From the NCBI GenBank assembly GCA_963717145.1, contig OY970325.1, forward strand, positions 4,160,001 through 4,224,000: a stretch of 64,000 bases of DNA. The letters are read 5' to 3'. This DNA comes from an uncultured Armatimonadetes bacterium (lineage in GTDB: Bacteria; Armatimonadota; UBA5829; DTJY01). How positions within the stretch are numbered: position 1 is the stretch's first letter; each line of letters begins with the position of its first letter. Below the pieces are notes generated by a model. It was not told the DNA's origin. It made no database searches and saw only the letters and a list, made by a program, of their open reading frames with translations. Positions 19,270-29,248 of this stretch are shown here, in pieces. The translations under genes and the position numbers were made by a program.

Positions 19270-19435
19270 CCGGCCCTATTCTCGGCCTGGTGCAACAGCC
19301 CTCGTCGCTCATACAGCGGCGGGGGCTGTGTTGTTTCTGCCGATGGACACAGCCCCAAAGGAACATCCGCCCCTCACGCCTAATGGAGACTTGACACTCG
19401 GCTGCCATCGAGGCAAGCGCACCCGGAGGGCTGGC

Positions 19436-20815
19436 ATGAACTTCATCTTCATCAACTCGGACAGCTTTCGTCGAGACAACCTCGACTGCTACGGGAACAA
19501 CTGGATTCAGACGCCGAATATCGACGAGTTCGCGCGCGAGTCGGTTGTCTTCGATCACGCATACACTGGCTCGTTCCCGACGGTCCCGAACCGCCGGGAC
19601 GTGCTGACCGGCCGATACACGTTTACCTACACCGACTGGGCGGCGCTCTCCAGCGAGGAGATCGTCCTCCCGCAGGTGCTCGGGAAGGCCGGCTACATCA
19701 GCTACATGATCATCGACACGCCGCACATCATGGGCTCATTCGGATATGATCGGGGATTCAACGGCTGGAACTGGATTCGCGGCCAGGAGGGCGATCGATG
19801 GAAGACTCAACCGCGAGAGGTCAAGCTTCCGTGCGACGTGAAGAAGCTCCGAGGGGCGGACCGGACTACTTCTCAGTATCTGCGCAACGTGGCCGATCGT
19901 CGCGGCGAGGAAGACTACTTCGCGCCGATGACGATGCGCGGGGCGATGGACTGGCTCGACGACAACCACAAGCTCGACAAGTTCTTCCTCTACGTCGATA
20001 CCTTCGATCCGCACGAGCCGTGGGATCCGCCCAAGAAGTACAAGGACCTGTACTGCCCCGGGTACAAGGGCGAAGAGGTCATCTACCCGCTCTATGCGCC
20101 GCGCGGATTCCTGACGGACGCCGAACTGGAGCACATCCGCTGCCTCTACGCGGGTGAGGTTTCGATGGTCGATGCCTGGGTCGGCAAGCTCCTGAAGAAG
20201 ATCGAGGACCTCGGCCTGATGGAGAACACGATGGTGATCTTCACGGCGGACCACGGCTTCTACTTCGGCGAGCATGGGATCATCGGGAAGTTCGGACCGC
20301 TGTGGTGCGAGATGAACCGCATCCCGCTGATCGTGCATCTGCCGGGGGTAGGTGCAGGCCGCCGCGCTCAGTTCGTCCAGCCGTGCGACCTGATGCCGAC
20401 TATGCTGGACCTGGCGGGCGTCCAGCATCCGGACACAATCCAGGGTGTGTCGCTGGTCGATGTCATCAAAGGCAGCAAGAAGCAGACCCGGGAGTTCGCG
20501 GTGACATCGGGGGCGATCGTCCATCCGCCGGTCTCCGACAAGCCGATCAGCCTCGACATCTCCAACTGGGACCAGTACGCCCGGTCAGTCAAGGCGAGCA
20601 CGATCACGACTTACGAGTGGACGCTGATCGTCGCAGCCGGCGACCTGATGCCGGAACTCTATCACAATCCGAGCGATCCGCACCAGACGGTCAACGTCTT
20701 CTCGAAGAACAAGGACGTGGCGAAGAGGCTCCATGCGGACTACATCGCACTCTTGGAGTCGCTCGGCACGAAGGAGGAGTACATCGCGCCGAGGAGGGTG
20801 TTGCCGGGGGTGTGA
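19436..20815 (+). CDS. Cytoplasmic sulfatase-like hydrolase with Thr at the nucleophile position
   Basis: NSDSFRRD, GSFPTVPNRRDVLTG, FDPHEPWDPP, TADHG; no signal peptide. Confidence 0.85.
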   Translation: MNFIFINSDSFRRDNLDCYGNNWIQTPNIDEFARESVVFDHAYTGSFPTVPNRRDVLTGRYTFTYTDWAALSSEEIVLPQVLGKAGYISYMIIDTPHIMGSFGYDRGFNGWNWIRGQEGDRWKTQPREVKLPCDVKKLRGADRTTSQYLRNVADRRGEEDYFAPMTMRGAMDWLDDNHKLDKFFLYVDTFDPHEPWDPPKKYKDLYCPGYKGEEVIYPLYAPRGFLTDAELEHIRCLYAGEVSMVDAWVGKLLKKIEDLGLMENTMVIFTADHGFYFGEHGIIGKFGPLWCEMNRIPLIVHLPGVGAGRRAQFVQPCDLMPTMLDLAGVQHPDTIQGVSLVDVIKGSKKQTREFAVTSGAIVHPPVSDKPISLDISNWDQYARSVKASTITTYEWTLIVAAGDLMPELYHNPSDPHQTVNVFSKNKDVAKRLHADYIALLESLGTKEEYIAPRRVLPGV

Positions 20816-20847
20816 TGATTGCCCGGAACCGAAGCGCTTGTGGCAAC

Positions 20848-20931
20848 CTGGTAATAATACCAGTTTTTGGGCAGGCACACGATCATTCCAGCAAAACGCC
20901 AATTGACGGATTCCAGCGGGGATGGTAAAGT
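20848..20931 (+). promoter_or_regulatory. CTGGTA-N4-TACCAG palindrome upstream of a sigma70 promoter
   Basis: CTGGTAATAATACCAG 20848-20863; TTGACG 20903-17 bp-TAAAGT 20926. Confidence 0.65.
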
Positions 20932-20989
20932 GAGTAACTGGGCGAGTTGCCGCAGAGCAGCAGCCACAACAGACAAAGGAGGACAACTG

Positions 20990-21712
20990 ATGAAGAAGGT
21001 GTTTGTGGTCTTGGCAGCAATCGCGTTGTTGTGCATCGGCGGGATGGCGGGGGCCGCCGTCTATGAGGAGCATTTCGACACGGCCGCCGGTAAGTGGTTG
21101 GTGGGGGATCTTGGATGGATCAATGCTCCGGGTTACGCCGGGGACATTCAGGTGACGAACTCGACCGGGCTCGCTAACCCCGCTATCGAGGGCGGTACTG
21201 CGCCCTCCGGCCAGGAGACGGGGGTCGCGAAGGTGTTCAGTCGAGTTCCGACCGCCTCGGGTTATGTCCTGACCGCTAATCTGTACACCACCTCGCACAA
21301 TACAACGTTCGGCTTCGGCGCTGATATGCCATTCCCGGCAGTCTGGGCCGCCTACTGGAGTGCGGTCGTAAGCAACGGTCAAAGCTACTTGCGCTTTGGT
21401 GGATCTGGAATGGACGAGACCCGCTTTGATGTCGCGGGGTACGGTGGCTTGGTGGGTCTGGAGATAAGCGTGGACGAGGCAAACGACCTGGTCCGTGGTA
21501 AGGCGTACAAGTCAGGCATGAGCCCGCTGGACACGGGCTGGGTAAGCTATAGCGGAGCCAACGTATCTAGTGTGGTCTTCCATATAGACGGGCGCTACCT
21601 GAGCGACGATGACCTCGACGACATCGTAGTCACCGCGGTTCCTGAACCCTCATCCCTGCTTGGGCTGGCCGGCGGACTTGGGGTTCTGTTGGGGCTCAGA
21701 AGACGGAGATAG
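20990..21712 (+). CDS. PEP-CTERM sorting-domain protein
   Basis: AAGGAGG RBS; MKKVFVV signal peptide; VPEPSSLLGLAGGLGVLLGLRRRR. Confidence 0.9.
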   Translation: MKKVFVVLAAIALLCIGGMAGAAVYEEHFDTAAGKWLVGDLGWINAPGYAGDIQVTNSTGLANPAIEGGTAPSGQETGVAKVFSRVPTASGYVLTANLYTTSHNTTFGFGADMPFPAVWAAYWSAVVSNGQSYLRFGGSGMDETRFDVAGYGGLVGLEISVDEANDLVRGKAYKSGMSPLDTGWVSYSGANVSSVVFHIDGRYLSDDDLDDIVVTAVPEPSSLLGLAGGLGVLLGLRRRR

Positions 21713-21997
21713 TGGCCCTTCTCTCCTCGGCACATTGCATCATCTCTGGAGCCCACATCGGGTCACCCCGCTGTGGGCTCACACTTTCCGTCTGTCAGAT
21801 CGTCCCCAATTGGCGCACTTGTTCCCGAAGACGGACATCCTTGGGACGAGGGAAAAACCCCTTCGATCTTGCGGAGGGCACAATTTGTCCACCGATGTTA
21901 TCGTAACACGTTCACGGCACACCGGTCTGCCGAGCACTCCTCTGCTCCTCGACTATCGGTGACCCTGCCTGGTATAATGCCGCCGAGGTGACTGCCC

Positions 21998-23041
21998 GTG
22001 GAAACCATGCTCGCTGCCGTTTTGCATGACTTCGATGACCTGAGATTGGAGCAAGTGCCGGTTCCTCGCGCCACGGAATATGGCGATGTGGTGGTGCGGA
22101 TCGCATCCTGTGGGGTCTGTGCGACGGATTTCAAGGCGATCAAGGGCATCCGTCCGAATGTGACGTTCCCGTCGATCCAGGGACACGAGCCTAGCGGTGT
22201 CGTCTCGGAGATCGGCCCGGGGGTCACACACGTGAGGGTCGGCGACGAGGTGATCGTCCAGCCGCTCGGGTACTGCGGGCGGTGCGCTCACTGCCGGTCG
22301 GGGAACACCCACTACTGCGAGAATGCCTTCGTCCTCGGCGGCGATGGGCCGGACGACGTGCGGCCCGGCGCATTTGCTGAGTACGTGCTCACGACCGAGG
22401 GCACGCTCTACCACAAGCCGCCGAGCATCTCGTTCGATGCCGCCGCCGTCACCGAGCCGCTCGCGGGCGCATGGAAGGGCGTCATCCACCACAGCGAGAT
22501 GACGATCGGCGACGACGTGGTGGTCATCGGCGTGGGGAGCATCGGCCTCCTGTGCATGATGGTGGCGAAGGCCGCTGGGGCCGCCCGCCTGATCGCCGTC
22601 GACACGAGCGACTACGCGCTCCAAAACGCCCTCGAACTCGGCGCGACACATGCGGTCAATCCGCTCAGAGAAGATCCCCGAGCGCGCATCCGAGAGATCA
22701 TCCCCGACGGGCCGGACCTGATCGTCGAAGCCGCCGGACCGATCGAGGCCGTCCGCCTGATGGTCGATCTGCGGAGACGAGGCACACGATGGAACGTCTT
22801 CGGCATCACGACCCACGAGAAGTTCGAACTCGACGGCGGGCTGACACATTTCCTCGAGGGTCGCCAGGACGCCAGCTTCGGGACGACCTCGCTCTCGATG
22901 ATGAAGGCGATCCGCCTGATGGAGATCGGCCTCGTGGACACCGAGCGGATCATCTCCCACCGCTTCCCGCTCGACCGCATCCACGAGGCCCTCGACGTAA
23001 TGGCCTCCCCGGAGCGCAACAAGATCATCATCAACCCGTAG
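21998..23041 (+). CDS. Zinc-dependent medium-chain dehydrogenase (polyol/threonine dehydrogenase-like)
   Basis: CATD, GHE, CGRCAHC-x7-C structural Zn site, GVGSIG. Confidence 0.9.
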   Translation: METMLAAVLHDFDDLRLEQVPVPRATEYGDVVVRIASCGVCATDFKAIKGIRPNVTFPSIQGHEPSGVVSEIGPGVTHVRVGDEVIVQPLGYCGRCAHCRSGNTHYCENAFVLGGDGPDDVRPGAFAEYVLTTEGTLYHKPPSISFDAAAVTEPLAGAWKGVIHHSEMTIGDDVVVIGVGSIGLLCMMVAKAAGAARLIAVDTSDYALQNALELGATHAVNPLREDPRARIREIIPDGPDLIVEAAGPIEAVRLMVDLRRRGTRWNVFGITTHEKFELDGGLTHFLEGRQDASFGTTSLSMMKAIRLMEIGLVDTERIISHRFPLDRIHEALDVMASPERNKIIINP

Positions 23042-23071
23042 CGTTCACCTCGGCCACCATCCGATCGCCTG

Positions 23072-23473
23072 CTATCCCGGCAGAAGGCAGAATCCCTGTT
23101 CGCGAAAATGCTCGTCGAACCCGAAGGCATTTCGGATACCGAGCTTGCGCATCACGGCGAAACTCACGCAGTCGACGATGTTCGGCCCCCGCCGAGCGGA
23201 CGAGAGCACGCTGCGCGCACCATCACCGTGCAGGACGATGTCCACCCACTGTATCTGCGCGACGGGCAGCACATCTTCGAGATACGTGCGAACGGCGTCC
23301 AGCCCGGCCCTTCTCTGCGCCAGCGCGCAGGTCTCGACGACGACGTAGTTGGATGTGACGAGTTCCTCGTCCGTGGTCAGCAGCGATTCCCAGGTCTGCA
23401 GGGCAACCGCGTGCTCGTCCGTGGTGCGCGAGAGGACCGCGATGAAAGCCGAGGTGTCAACGAACGTGCTCAT
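23072..23473 (-). CDS. vapC: PIN-domain toxin (VapC family)
   Basis: FVDTSAF, VVVET, IVDCVSF, FDEHF. Confidence 0.9.
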   Translation of the reverse strand: MSTFVDTSAFIAVLSRTTDEHAVALQTWESLLTTDEELVTSNYVVVETCALAQRRAGLDAVRTYLEDVLPVAQIQWVDIVLHGDGARSVLSSARRGPNIVDCVSFAVMRKLGIRNAFGFDEHFREQGFCLLPG

Positions 23474-23717
23474 CAGCCAGGTCCTCCGCCCAGTACTCGT
23501 CATGCCGCCTCGCGATGTCCGGCGCACCGAAGTCGGCGCAACCGGCCGCGCTCAATGCCCGCCTCTTGAGTTCTGCCCGATCGGCAAGCGGCTCGGACTC
23601 GGGCGCGGTTTCCAGTACACGACGCATGATCTCCGCCATGGAAACCCTGTCGCGCTTGGCCATGCGCCGTAGCTTCGCCGCGAGCGCCTCGGTTAGCTGA
23701 AGCTGCGTTCTCACCAT
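23457..23717 (-). CDS. Ribbon-helix-helix (CopG-like) antitoxin
   Basis: MVRTQLQLTE...VSMAEIMRR, DIARRHDEY; overlaps vapC. Confidence 0.85.
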   Translation of the reverse strand: MVRTQLQLTEALAAKLRRMAKRDRVSMAEIMRRVLETAPESEPLADRAELKRRALSAAGCADFGAPDIARRHDEYWAEDLADEHVR

Positions 23718-23791
23718 GATGCCCTCCGTGCTTACACTTCGCGAATATGCTAACACATCCCGCTACGCCTGTCAATAGTGTCCGGAAACCC

Positions 23792-23963
23792 GGGTGCATT
23801 TCCGCAGAGTGGGCTAGCCTCTCGTTATGCCACCAGAGTGGCTACTCGAGGAGAACGGTTGGGTGGTCTGCCAGTGTTTCCAAACCCCAACCGTCTAGTC
23901 TCGAGTAGCCACTCTGGTGGCATAACGAGAGACGGTCGCCACCCACTCAGCTCGAATGCACCC
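23792..23963. mobile_element. 172-bp fold-back MITE-like element with 9-bp target-site duplication
   Basis: Termini GGGTGCATT/AATGCACCC; flanking direct repeat CGGAAACCC at 23783-23791 and 23964-23972; long perfect internal stem. Confidence 0.75.
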
Positions 23964-24028
23964 CGGAAACCCGGCCGCGTCAGGCGGGGGCTTCTCCAAT
24001 AACCCCGCACCCCATACTCACATTCTCA

Positions 24029-25080
24029 TTACCTCGGCCAGCGGAGGTGGACCGGGAGCATGGGCGGGAACTTGGCGTGCGGCTCGATCTGATACCAGTA
24101 GCCGACCGACGCGATGTCGTCCTGAAGCTGCTGGTACTTCCAGTTCGGCCACCAGCCCAAGCGCCTGCATCGTCACGTTGAGGTTCTTCTCGAACCGGAT
24201 CGGATCGAGCATGTGCCAGCGATAGAGCCCGTGCTTCGGGACCTCGCCCGGCTCTTTCCGCCAGAGGGGATACCCCAGGAACGCGGTCGAGAACGTCTCG
24301 CCGAATCCCCACGCGCCGCCGAAGTAGTCCTCCGTGCCGGTGCCGCAGATCGTCGGGGAATCGGGCTTGTCGCCGTCGATGAAGAACTTGATCTCGCCCT
24401 CTCCCCACCAGCCGTTCGCGAGCTGAGTCCAGGCCAGGTAGGTGCCGACGTAGTGCCCCTTGCCCTTGATGCCCTCGAGGATCGTGTGCTCCGGCGCGTC
24501 GATCGGGGTCACCGCGCGCCGCCACTGGGCGTGGAAGTATGCGGCATCATCTGGCACTTCGTCCAGCTCGTAAGTGATCTGGTAGAAGAACCCGCCGATC
24601 TCCTCGAACCGCTGGTTCTCGACCTCGATGCGCGCGCTCTTGCGGAACGGCATCGGCCAGTAGGAGTTGAACCCGCCGCTGGGGTTGACTGCGATCGGGA
24701 TCGAGTTGATGTTGGCCCTGAGCGCGTGGCCGTTCGCGAAGAAGTCGCCGAGCGGGACTTCGACCGACGGGGTCTTCTCACCGTCCCAGTACATGCGAAG
24801 GATGCAGTCGCGGTAGGCCTTTGGATCGACAGGTGATCCAGATGTGGCGGATCGTGCCGGGCCCTTTGATGTCGGCCAGCACGGTGTTCGATTCCTTGGG
24901 GAGCGTGATGCACGGGCGGACCTTCCAGCCCTTGCCGAGCCACGCGCCGGCGTTCGTCTCGTCGGGGACGGCCTGTGCGCCCCCGGCGACCTTCCCGTCG
25001 GGGTTCTCGGCGGATATGCTCCGGGTCTTGCCGTTCGAGACCCGGGCGATGTCGAATAAACCGAATGGCAGCACGGTCAT
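24029..25080 (-). pseudogene. DUF2961 (GH172-like) glycoside hydrolase with two frameshifts (possibly sequencing errors)
   Basis: TRSISAENPDG, GPGTIRHIWIT | LRMYWDGE, WWGEGE, GTGTEDYF | DDIASVGYWYQ; extra bases at 24831 and 24156-24158. Confidence 0.8.
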
Positions 25081-25277
25081 GTCTGTATGGAACCTCCTGC
25101 GTGTTTGTATGCCGGCAACAGATTAGCAGCCCGGCGCGCGGGAGTCAATGGGGAATGGTTGATGGTTGATGGTTGATGAAGGAATGGGAGAATGGGGGAA
25201 TTGGCGAATGGGATTACAAATCCGCACCAACGCCCGTTGTGCTATAATCGGCCAAAGACCATAGTGAGGTGAACTGC

Positions 25278-26294
25278 GTGAAACCGACTTTCGATCCGCA
25301 CGTTTTCTTCCAGCGCGAGTACGAAGGCGTTACTCCCGCTCTCCCGTTTGTCGCCAGGACCTCTGATGAGGCGATCGCATGGCAGAAAAAGGCGCGTGCG
25401 CGCCTCGCGAGGCTACTCGGCGACCTCCCTAAGCCGACCGGGCCGGTGAAGTCGCGCGTCCTCGAAGAGCGAGTATTCCCCGGCTACACGCGCACAAAGC
25501 TCGAACTCGAGACGCAGCCGGGACTCCTGGCGATCGCATACTACCTCCTGCCCGACGACCGGCCTGCGAAGGGTCCGGCGGTGCTCGCGGTCCCGGGGCA
25601 CAGCAAGTCGGTCGAGGAACTGGTCGGCGGCGTCGACGGCGAGGGCGATCCACTCGATTATGCGCTCCAGTGCTGTCGAGCGGGGCTTCCGACCCTGGCG
25701 ATAGAGCAACTTGCGTTCGGCGAGCGGCGTCACGAAGAGGCGATCAGGGCGAACCCGGAGGGCGGCACGTACTGCATCGTCCCCTCATGCGCGGCGCTGA
25801 TGCTCGGCCGGACGATGATCGGCTACCGGGTGCTCGATGCCCGTCGGGCGCTCGACTGGCTCTCGGCGCGTCCGGAGGTCGATCCGAAGCGGCTCGGGAT
25901 GACCGGAATCTCGGGTGGCGGGCAGATCACTTTCTTCACGACCGCGATGGACACCCGCATCAAGGCCTGTCTCGTGAGCGGCTACTTCAACACATTCCGT
26001 GACTCGGTGTACTCGATCTACCACTGCACCGACAACTTCGTGCCGGGGATACTGCGCTGGTACGAGATGCCGGATATGGCCGGGATGATCGCCCCGAGAT
26101 ACGCCTTCTTCGAGCAGGGGGACAAGGACCCGATCTTCCCGCTGGCGGGTTTCAGGCGGGCAGTGAAGAAGGCAACGGAGATCTACGAGGTCTACGGCGT
26201 CCCGAAGCGGATGGGCACGCAGGTCTTCCCCGGTGAGCACCAATGGCACGGCGAGAAGGGCGTCCCCTGGCTGGCAGAGGCGCTGCGGGGATAG
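25278..26294 (+). CDS. Alpha/beta hydrolase (dienelactone hydrolase/acetylxylan esterase-like)
   Basis: GISGGG nucleophile elbow, DPIF, GEH. Confidence 0.85.
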   Translation: MKPTFDPHVFFQREYEGVTPALPFVARTSDEAIAWQKKARARLARLLGDLPKPTGPVKSRVLEERVFPGYTRTKLELETQPGLLAIAYYLLPDDRPAKGPAVLAVPGHSKSVEELVGGVDGEGDPLDYALQCCRAGLPTLAIEQLAFGERRHEEAIRANPEGGTYCIVPSCAALMLGRTMIGYRVLDARRALDWLSARPEVDPKRLGMTGISGGGQITFFTTAMDTRIKACLVSGYFNTFRDSVYSIYHCTDNFVPGILRWYEMPDMAGMIAPRYAFFEQGDKDPIFPLAGFRRAVKKATEIYEVYGVPKRMGTQVFPGEHQWHGEKGVPWLAEALRG

Positions 26295-26295
26295 G

Positions 26296-26332
26296 GTAGT
26301 CAGGCGGGGAGGAATCTCCCCGCCTGACTACC
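26296..26332 (+). terminator. Hairpin directly after the hydrolase stop codon
   Basis: GGTAGTCAGGCGGGGAG-gaat-CTCCCCGCCTGACTACC. Confidence 0.6.
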
Positions 26333-26367
26333 GCATTATTCTTGACACGTCCAAATAAGGCGTACAC

Positions 26368-26444
26368 TGTCATTCTGAGCGTAGTGAAGAATCTGGCCAG
26401 ACGATTCCTCAAACGCCAGATTCTTCACTACGCTCAGAATGACA
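26368..26444. repeat. REP-like palindrome, family A
   Basis: TGTCATTCTGAGCGTAGTGAAGAATCTGGC ... GCCAGATTCTTCACTACGCTCAGAATGACA. Confidence 0.85.
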
Positions 26445-26461
26445 TGAATAATCTGGGCTAG

Positions 26462-28049
26462 CAGCCTGTCCATGAAATAACCTCTGGCGCAAGGTGCCAG
26501 GTATGTAGTAAAATACGGGTATGAGCAAGCCATACCTTCCTTATCAACCTGACCAGATATTGCTGTTGCCGCCCTTGATGTCGGAGTGGCTGCCCGAGGG
26601 ACATCTCGCATACTTTGTGAGCGATGTCGTAGACAGTCTCGACCTTTCCGCGATATACGCCTCATACGAGAAAGAGGCCCGAGGAGCGCCGCCGTTCCAT
26701 CCGGCAATGCTTACAAAGATCATATTCTACGGTTTGTGCCGGGGAGTGTATTCATCTCGAAAGCTCTCCCTGGCCACGTATGAAGATGTAGCCTTCCGGG
26801 TGCTTGCGGCAGGAAATCATCCCGACTTCCGCACGATAAGCGAGTTCAGGAAGAGGCATCTCAAGTCCCTTGCGGACCTGTTTGTGCAAGTGCTCAGGCT
26901 ATGCGCAAGCGCCGGGCTTGTGTCGATGAAACACATAGCCATAGACGGAACAAAGCTGCTTGCCAACGCAAGCAAGCACTCCGCCATGAGCTACTCTCGG
27001 ATGGTCGAGAAAGAAAAAGAGCTTCAGGCTGAGATCGAGGCGCTCCTTGCGAAGGGTCTTTCTGTGGACGACCAGGAAGACGCGGAATATGGTCTTGACC
27101 GCCGAGGAGACGAACTCCCGGAGGAACTCGCAACCAGAGAGAAGCGGCTCGCCAAGATCAGGGAAGCAAAAGAAGCGCTGGAGCGCGAGGCCAAAGAGCG
27201 AGCATCAGCCGAAGAAGCGATGCGAGCCCAAGAGAAGGCGGAGCAGGAAGCATCCGGGAAGAAGCCTCGCGGCAGAGAGCCGGGGCCCGTAAAGACAGAG
27301 CCGGAAGGGAAGGCACAGCGGAACTTCACAGACCCGGAAAGCCGGATAATGAAGGACGCAAAGAAAGCCTTCGTGCAGGCATACAACGGACAAGCTGCGG
27401 TAGACGCAGATCATCAGATTGTAGTGGCGTGTGATCTCACGAACCAGGCAGCGGACTCACCGCATCTTAGTGACATGATCGAGGCAATCAAGGAGAACAC
27501 CGGAAAGAAACCGGAAGAACTATCCGCCGATGCCGGATACTTCAGCAGCGACAACATAGAGATGGTCGAGCAGCAAGGGATCGACGCTTATATACCGCCT
27601 GACAGACAACGTCATGGCAAAGAGCCGACGGCGCCTTCCTGCCTTGATCCGGCAAAGCAATCCGCCGCAGATCGCCAGAGAGCAAAGCTCTTGACTCCTC
27701 TTGGCCGAAAGATCTACGGGAGGCGGAAGGAGACGGTAGAGCCGGTGTTCGGCCAGATCAAGAGCGCACGGAACTTCCGAGGCTTCCTACTCCGAGGCCT
27801 TGCGAAAGCGAAGTCGGAGTGGACGCTTGCGTGTCTTGGGCACAACATGCTGAAGCTATACCGATACGGCGACCGGAAATCGATCTTCGATACGTAGATA
27901 TATGACCTGGATCAGGCTGATTATCAAGGTACAAGGGGTCTTTACAGACCCTCGCCGGAAATCCGGCGAAAAACACTATCGAACAGCAGCCAGCGCGACC
28001 CCGCAGATGGGAAACTCACCCACATAGCGGGGAATTCTCAGACAGGCTG
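26462..28049 (+). mobile_element. IS1182-family insertion sequence flanked by CTAG
   Basis: CTAG-CAGCCTGTC ... GACAGGCTG-CTAG around the transposase. Confidence 0.9.
26521..27897 (+). CDS. IS1182 family transposase
   Basis: GAPPFHP, PDFRTISEFR, AIDGTKL, NFTDPESRIM, ADAGY, VEPVFGQIK. Confidence 0.95.
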   Translation: MSKPYLPYQPDQILLLPPLMSEWLPEGHLAYFVSDVVDSLDLSAIYASYEKEARGAPPFHPAMLTKIIFYGLCRGVYSSRKLSLATYEDVAFRVLAAGNHPDFRTISEFRKRHLKSLADLFVQVLRLCASAGLVSMKHIAIDGTKLLANASKHSAMSYSRMVEKEKELQAEIEALLAKGLSVDDQEDAEYGLDRRGDELPEELATREKRLAKIREAKEALEREAKERASAEEAMRAQEKAEQEASGKKPRGREPGPVKTEPEGKAQRNFTDPESRIMKDAKKAFVQAYNGQAAVDADHQIVVACDLTNQAADSPHLSDMIEAIKENTGKKPEELSADAGYFSSDNIEMVEQQGIDAYIPPDRQRHGKEPTAPSCLDPAKQSAADRQRAKLLTPLGRKIYGRRKETVEPVFGQIKSARNFRGFLLRGLAKAKSEWTLACLGHNMLKLYRYGDRKSIFDT

Positions 28050-28062
28050 CTAGGACTCGAAG

Positions 28063-29031
28063 TTATATCAGCAGCTTCAGCAAGAACGCACCGGTCTGTC
28101 CCAGTCCGTTACGGCCCTCGCACAGAATCTGACCTGAGTTGTTCACACCGACCGCAGCAGTCAGGAACCATCCCGGAGGCAGGCTCGCGGCGGACAGATC
28201 GTTGAGGTCCATGTAGTACCCGTTGGCCCACAGAGCAGCTCTCTTGGTCCCACTTGTGCCGACCATATACCCGGCCACCAGGGTACTGTCGTTTTGGCCG
28301 AGAGCACGTCCGTTCAGCCCCGGAAGGCCGAGCAATCGCCGCACGCCGCTCTTCCACGCAGCCGGTCTCTCGACTCCGTTGACAACGGCGTAACCGACAA
28401 CCTGATTGTTGTTGTTGATGCTGAAGGCCTCTCCCAGCCCCAGATCTGTGGCGACTCCCAACTTCCAGAAGAATGCGTGGTCCTTGAACGCGCCGACAAC
28501 GCAACGGAACTTGTTCACGCCATAAGCCCGACCCTCGCCCGGCGTTGCAGAGTATATGATCGTCTTGCGTCCCGTCTCCCACAGCACCGGCTTCGGGACC
28601 CATGCGCCGCCTTCAAACACCTGCTCTTCGCCGACAATAAGCGAACTCGCCTTGCCGCGGGCAATCGCCTTTCCGCTTGATATCCACTGCTGGCCGAAGC
28701 TGGTCCACTGGCACGCGTAAGGGATGTTGAACGGGGGCACATCCACCCCGAAGTTCTCAAACCCCACGCAGGTGCGGATCTCGTCGATGCCGTATGCCCT
28801 GTCCGGTGTAAGCACAACCATGCCGGTTCCGCTTGACCAGAAGAAAGCACGATCCCCGGATGGACCCGTGAGATAACCGGTCGCCTTGCCCGCGACGTTC
28901 AACGCCGTCGGGTGTACCGAGACTCCCGCCGGTATCGGCAGCGCCAACACCGTACAGTGGTACGCGGCTCCTGCCGCTGTTGCCACCAAGAGCAACGCGA
29001 CAATGCCGATGAATACTAGCCTTCTCTTCAT
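28063..29031 (-). CDS. Secreted HAF-repeat (beta-propeller-like) protein
   Basis: Signal peptide; repeated A.GxN...VG...HAFFW units; DLN...GW.L..A..VN..GQI end motif. Confidence 0.75.
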   Translation of the reverse strand: MKRRLVFIGIVALLLVATAAGAAYHCTVLALPIPAGVSVHPTALNVAGKATGYLTGPSGDRAFFWSSGTGMVVLTPDRAYGIDEIRTCVGFENFGVDVPPFNIPYACQWTSFGQQWISSGKAIARGKASSLIVGEEQVFEGGAWVPKPVLWETGRKTIIYSATPGEGRAYGVNKFRCVVGAFKDHAFFWKLGVATDLGLGEAFSINNNNQVVGYAVVNGVERPAAWKSGVRRLLGLPGLNGRALGQNDSTLVAGYMVGTSGTKRAALWANGYYMDLNDLSAASLPPGWFLTAAVGVNNSGQILCEGRNGLGQTGAFLLKLLI

Positions 29032-29134
29032 GCGTAGATCTCCTCCCTCATATATCCCTTGCCCTGCAACCGCCAAGGCTACATCTGTAATAGTACAAAA
29101 ACGCGCCTTTGTCAAATGAAATCTTTGCAGGTAG

Positions 29135-29229
29135 GAGTTCACGATCGAGGTTAGCTGCTGTCATTCTGAGCGGAGTGAAGAATCTGGCTGTGCCCGGAGG
29201 CCAGATTCTTCACTCCGCTCAGAATGACA
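29135..29229. repeat. REP-like palindrome, family A, left outer arm only
   Basis: GAGTTCACGAT arm at 29135; core hairpin 29159-29229. Confidence 0.85.
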
Positions 29230-29248
29230 AGTGAGGGCATTGGATTGC

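Noticed and set aside
21713-21997. Small ORFs or a gene remnant between the PEP-CTERM gene and the dehydrogenase
   Set aside because: No convincing RBS, motif or structure in any frame.
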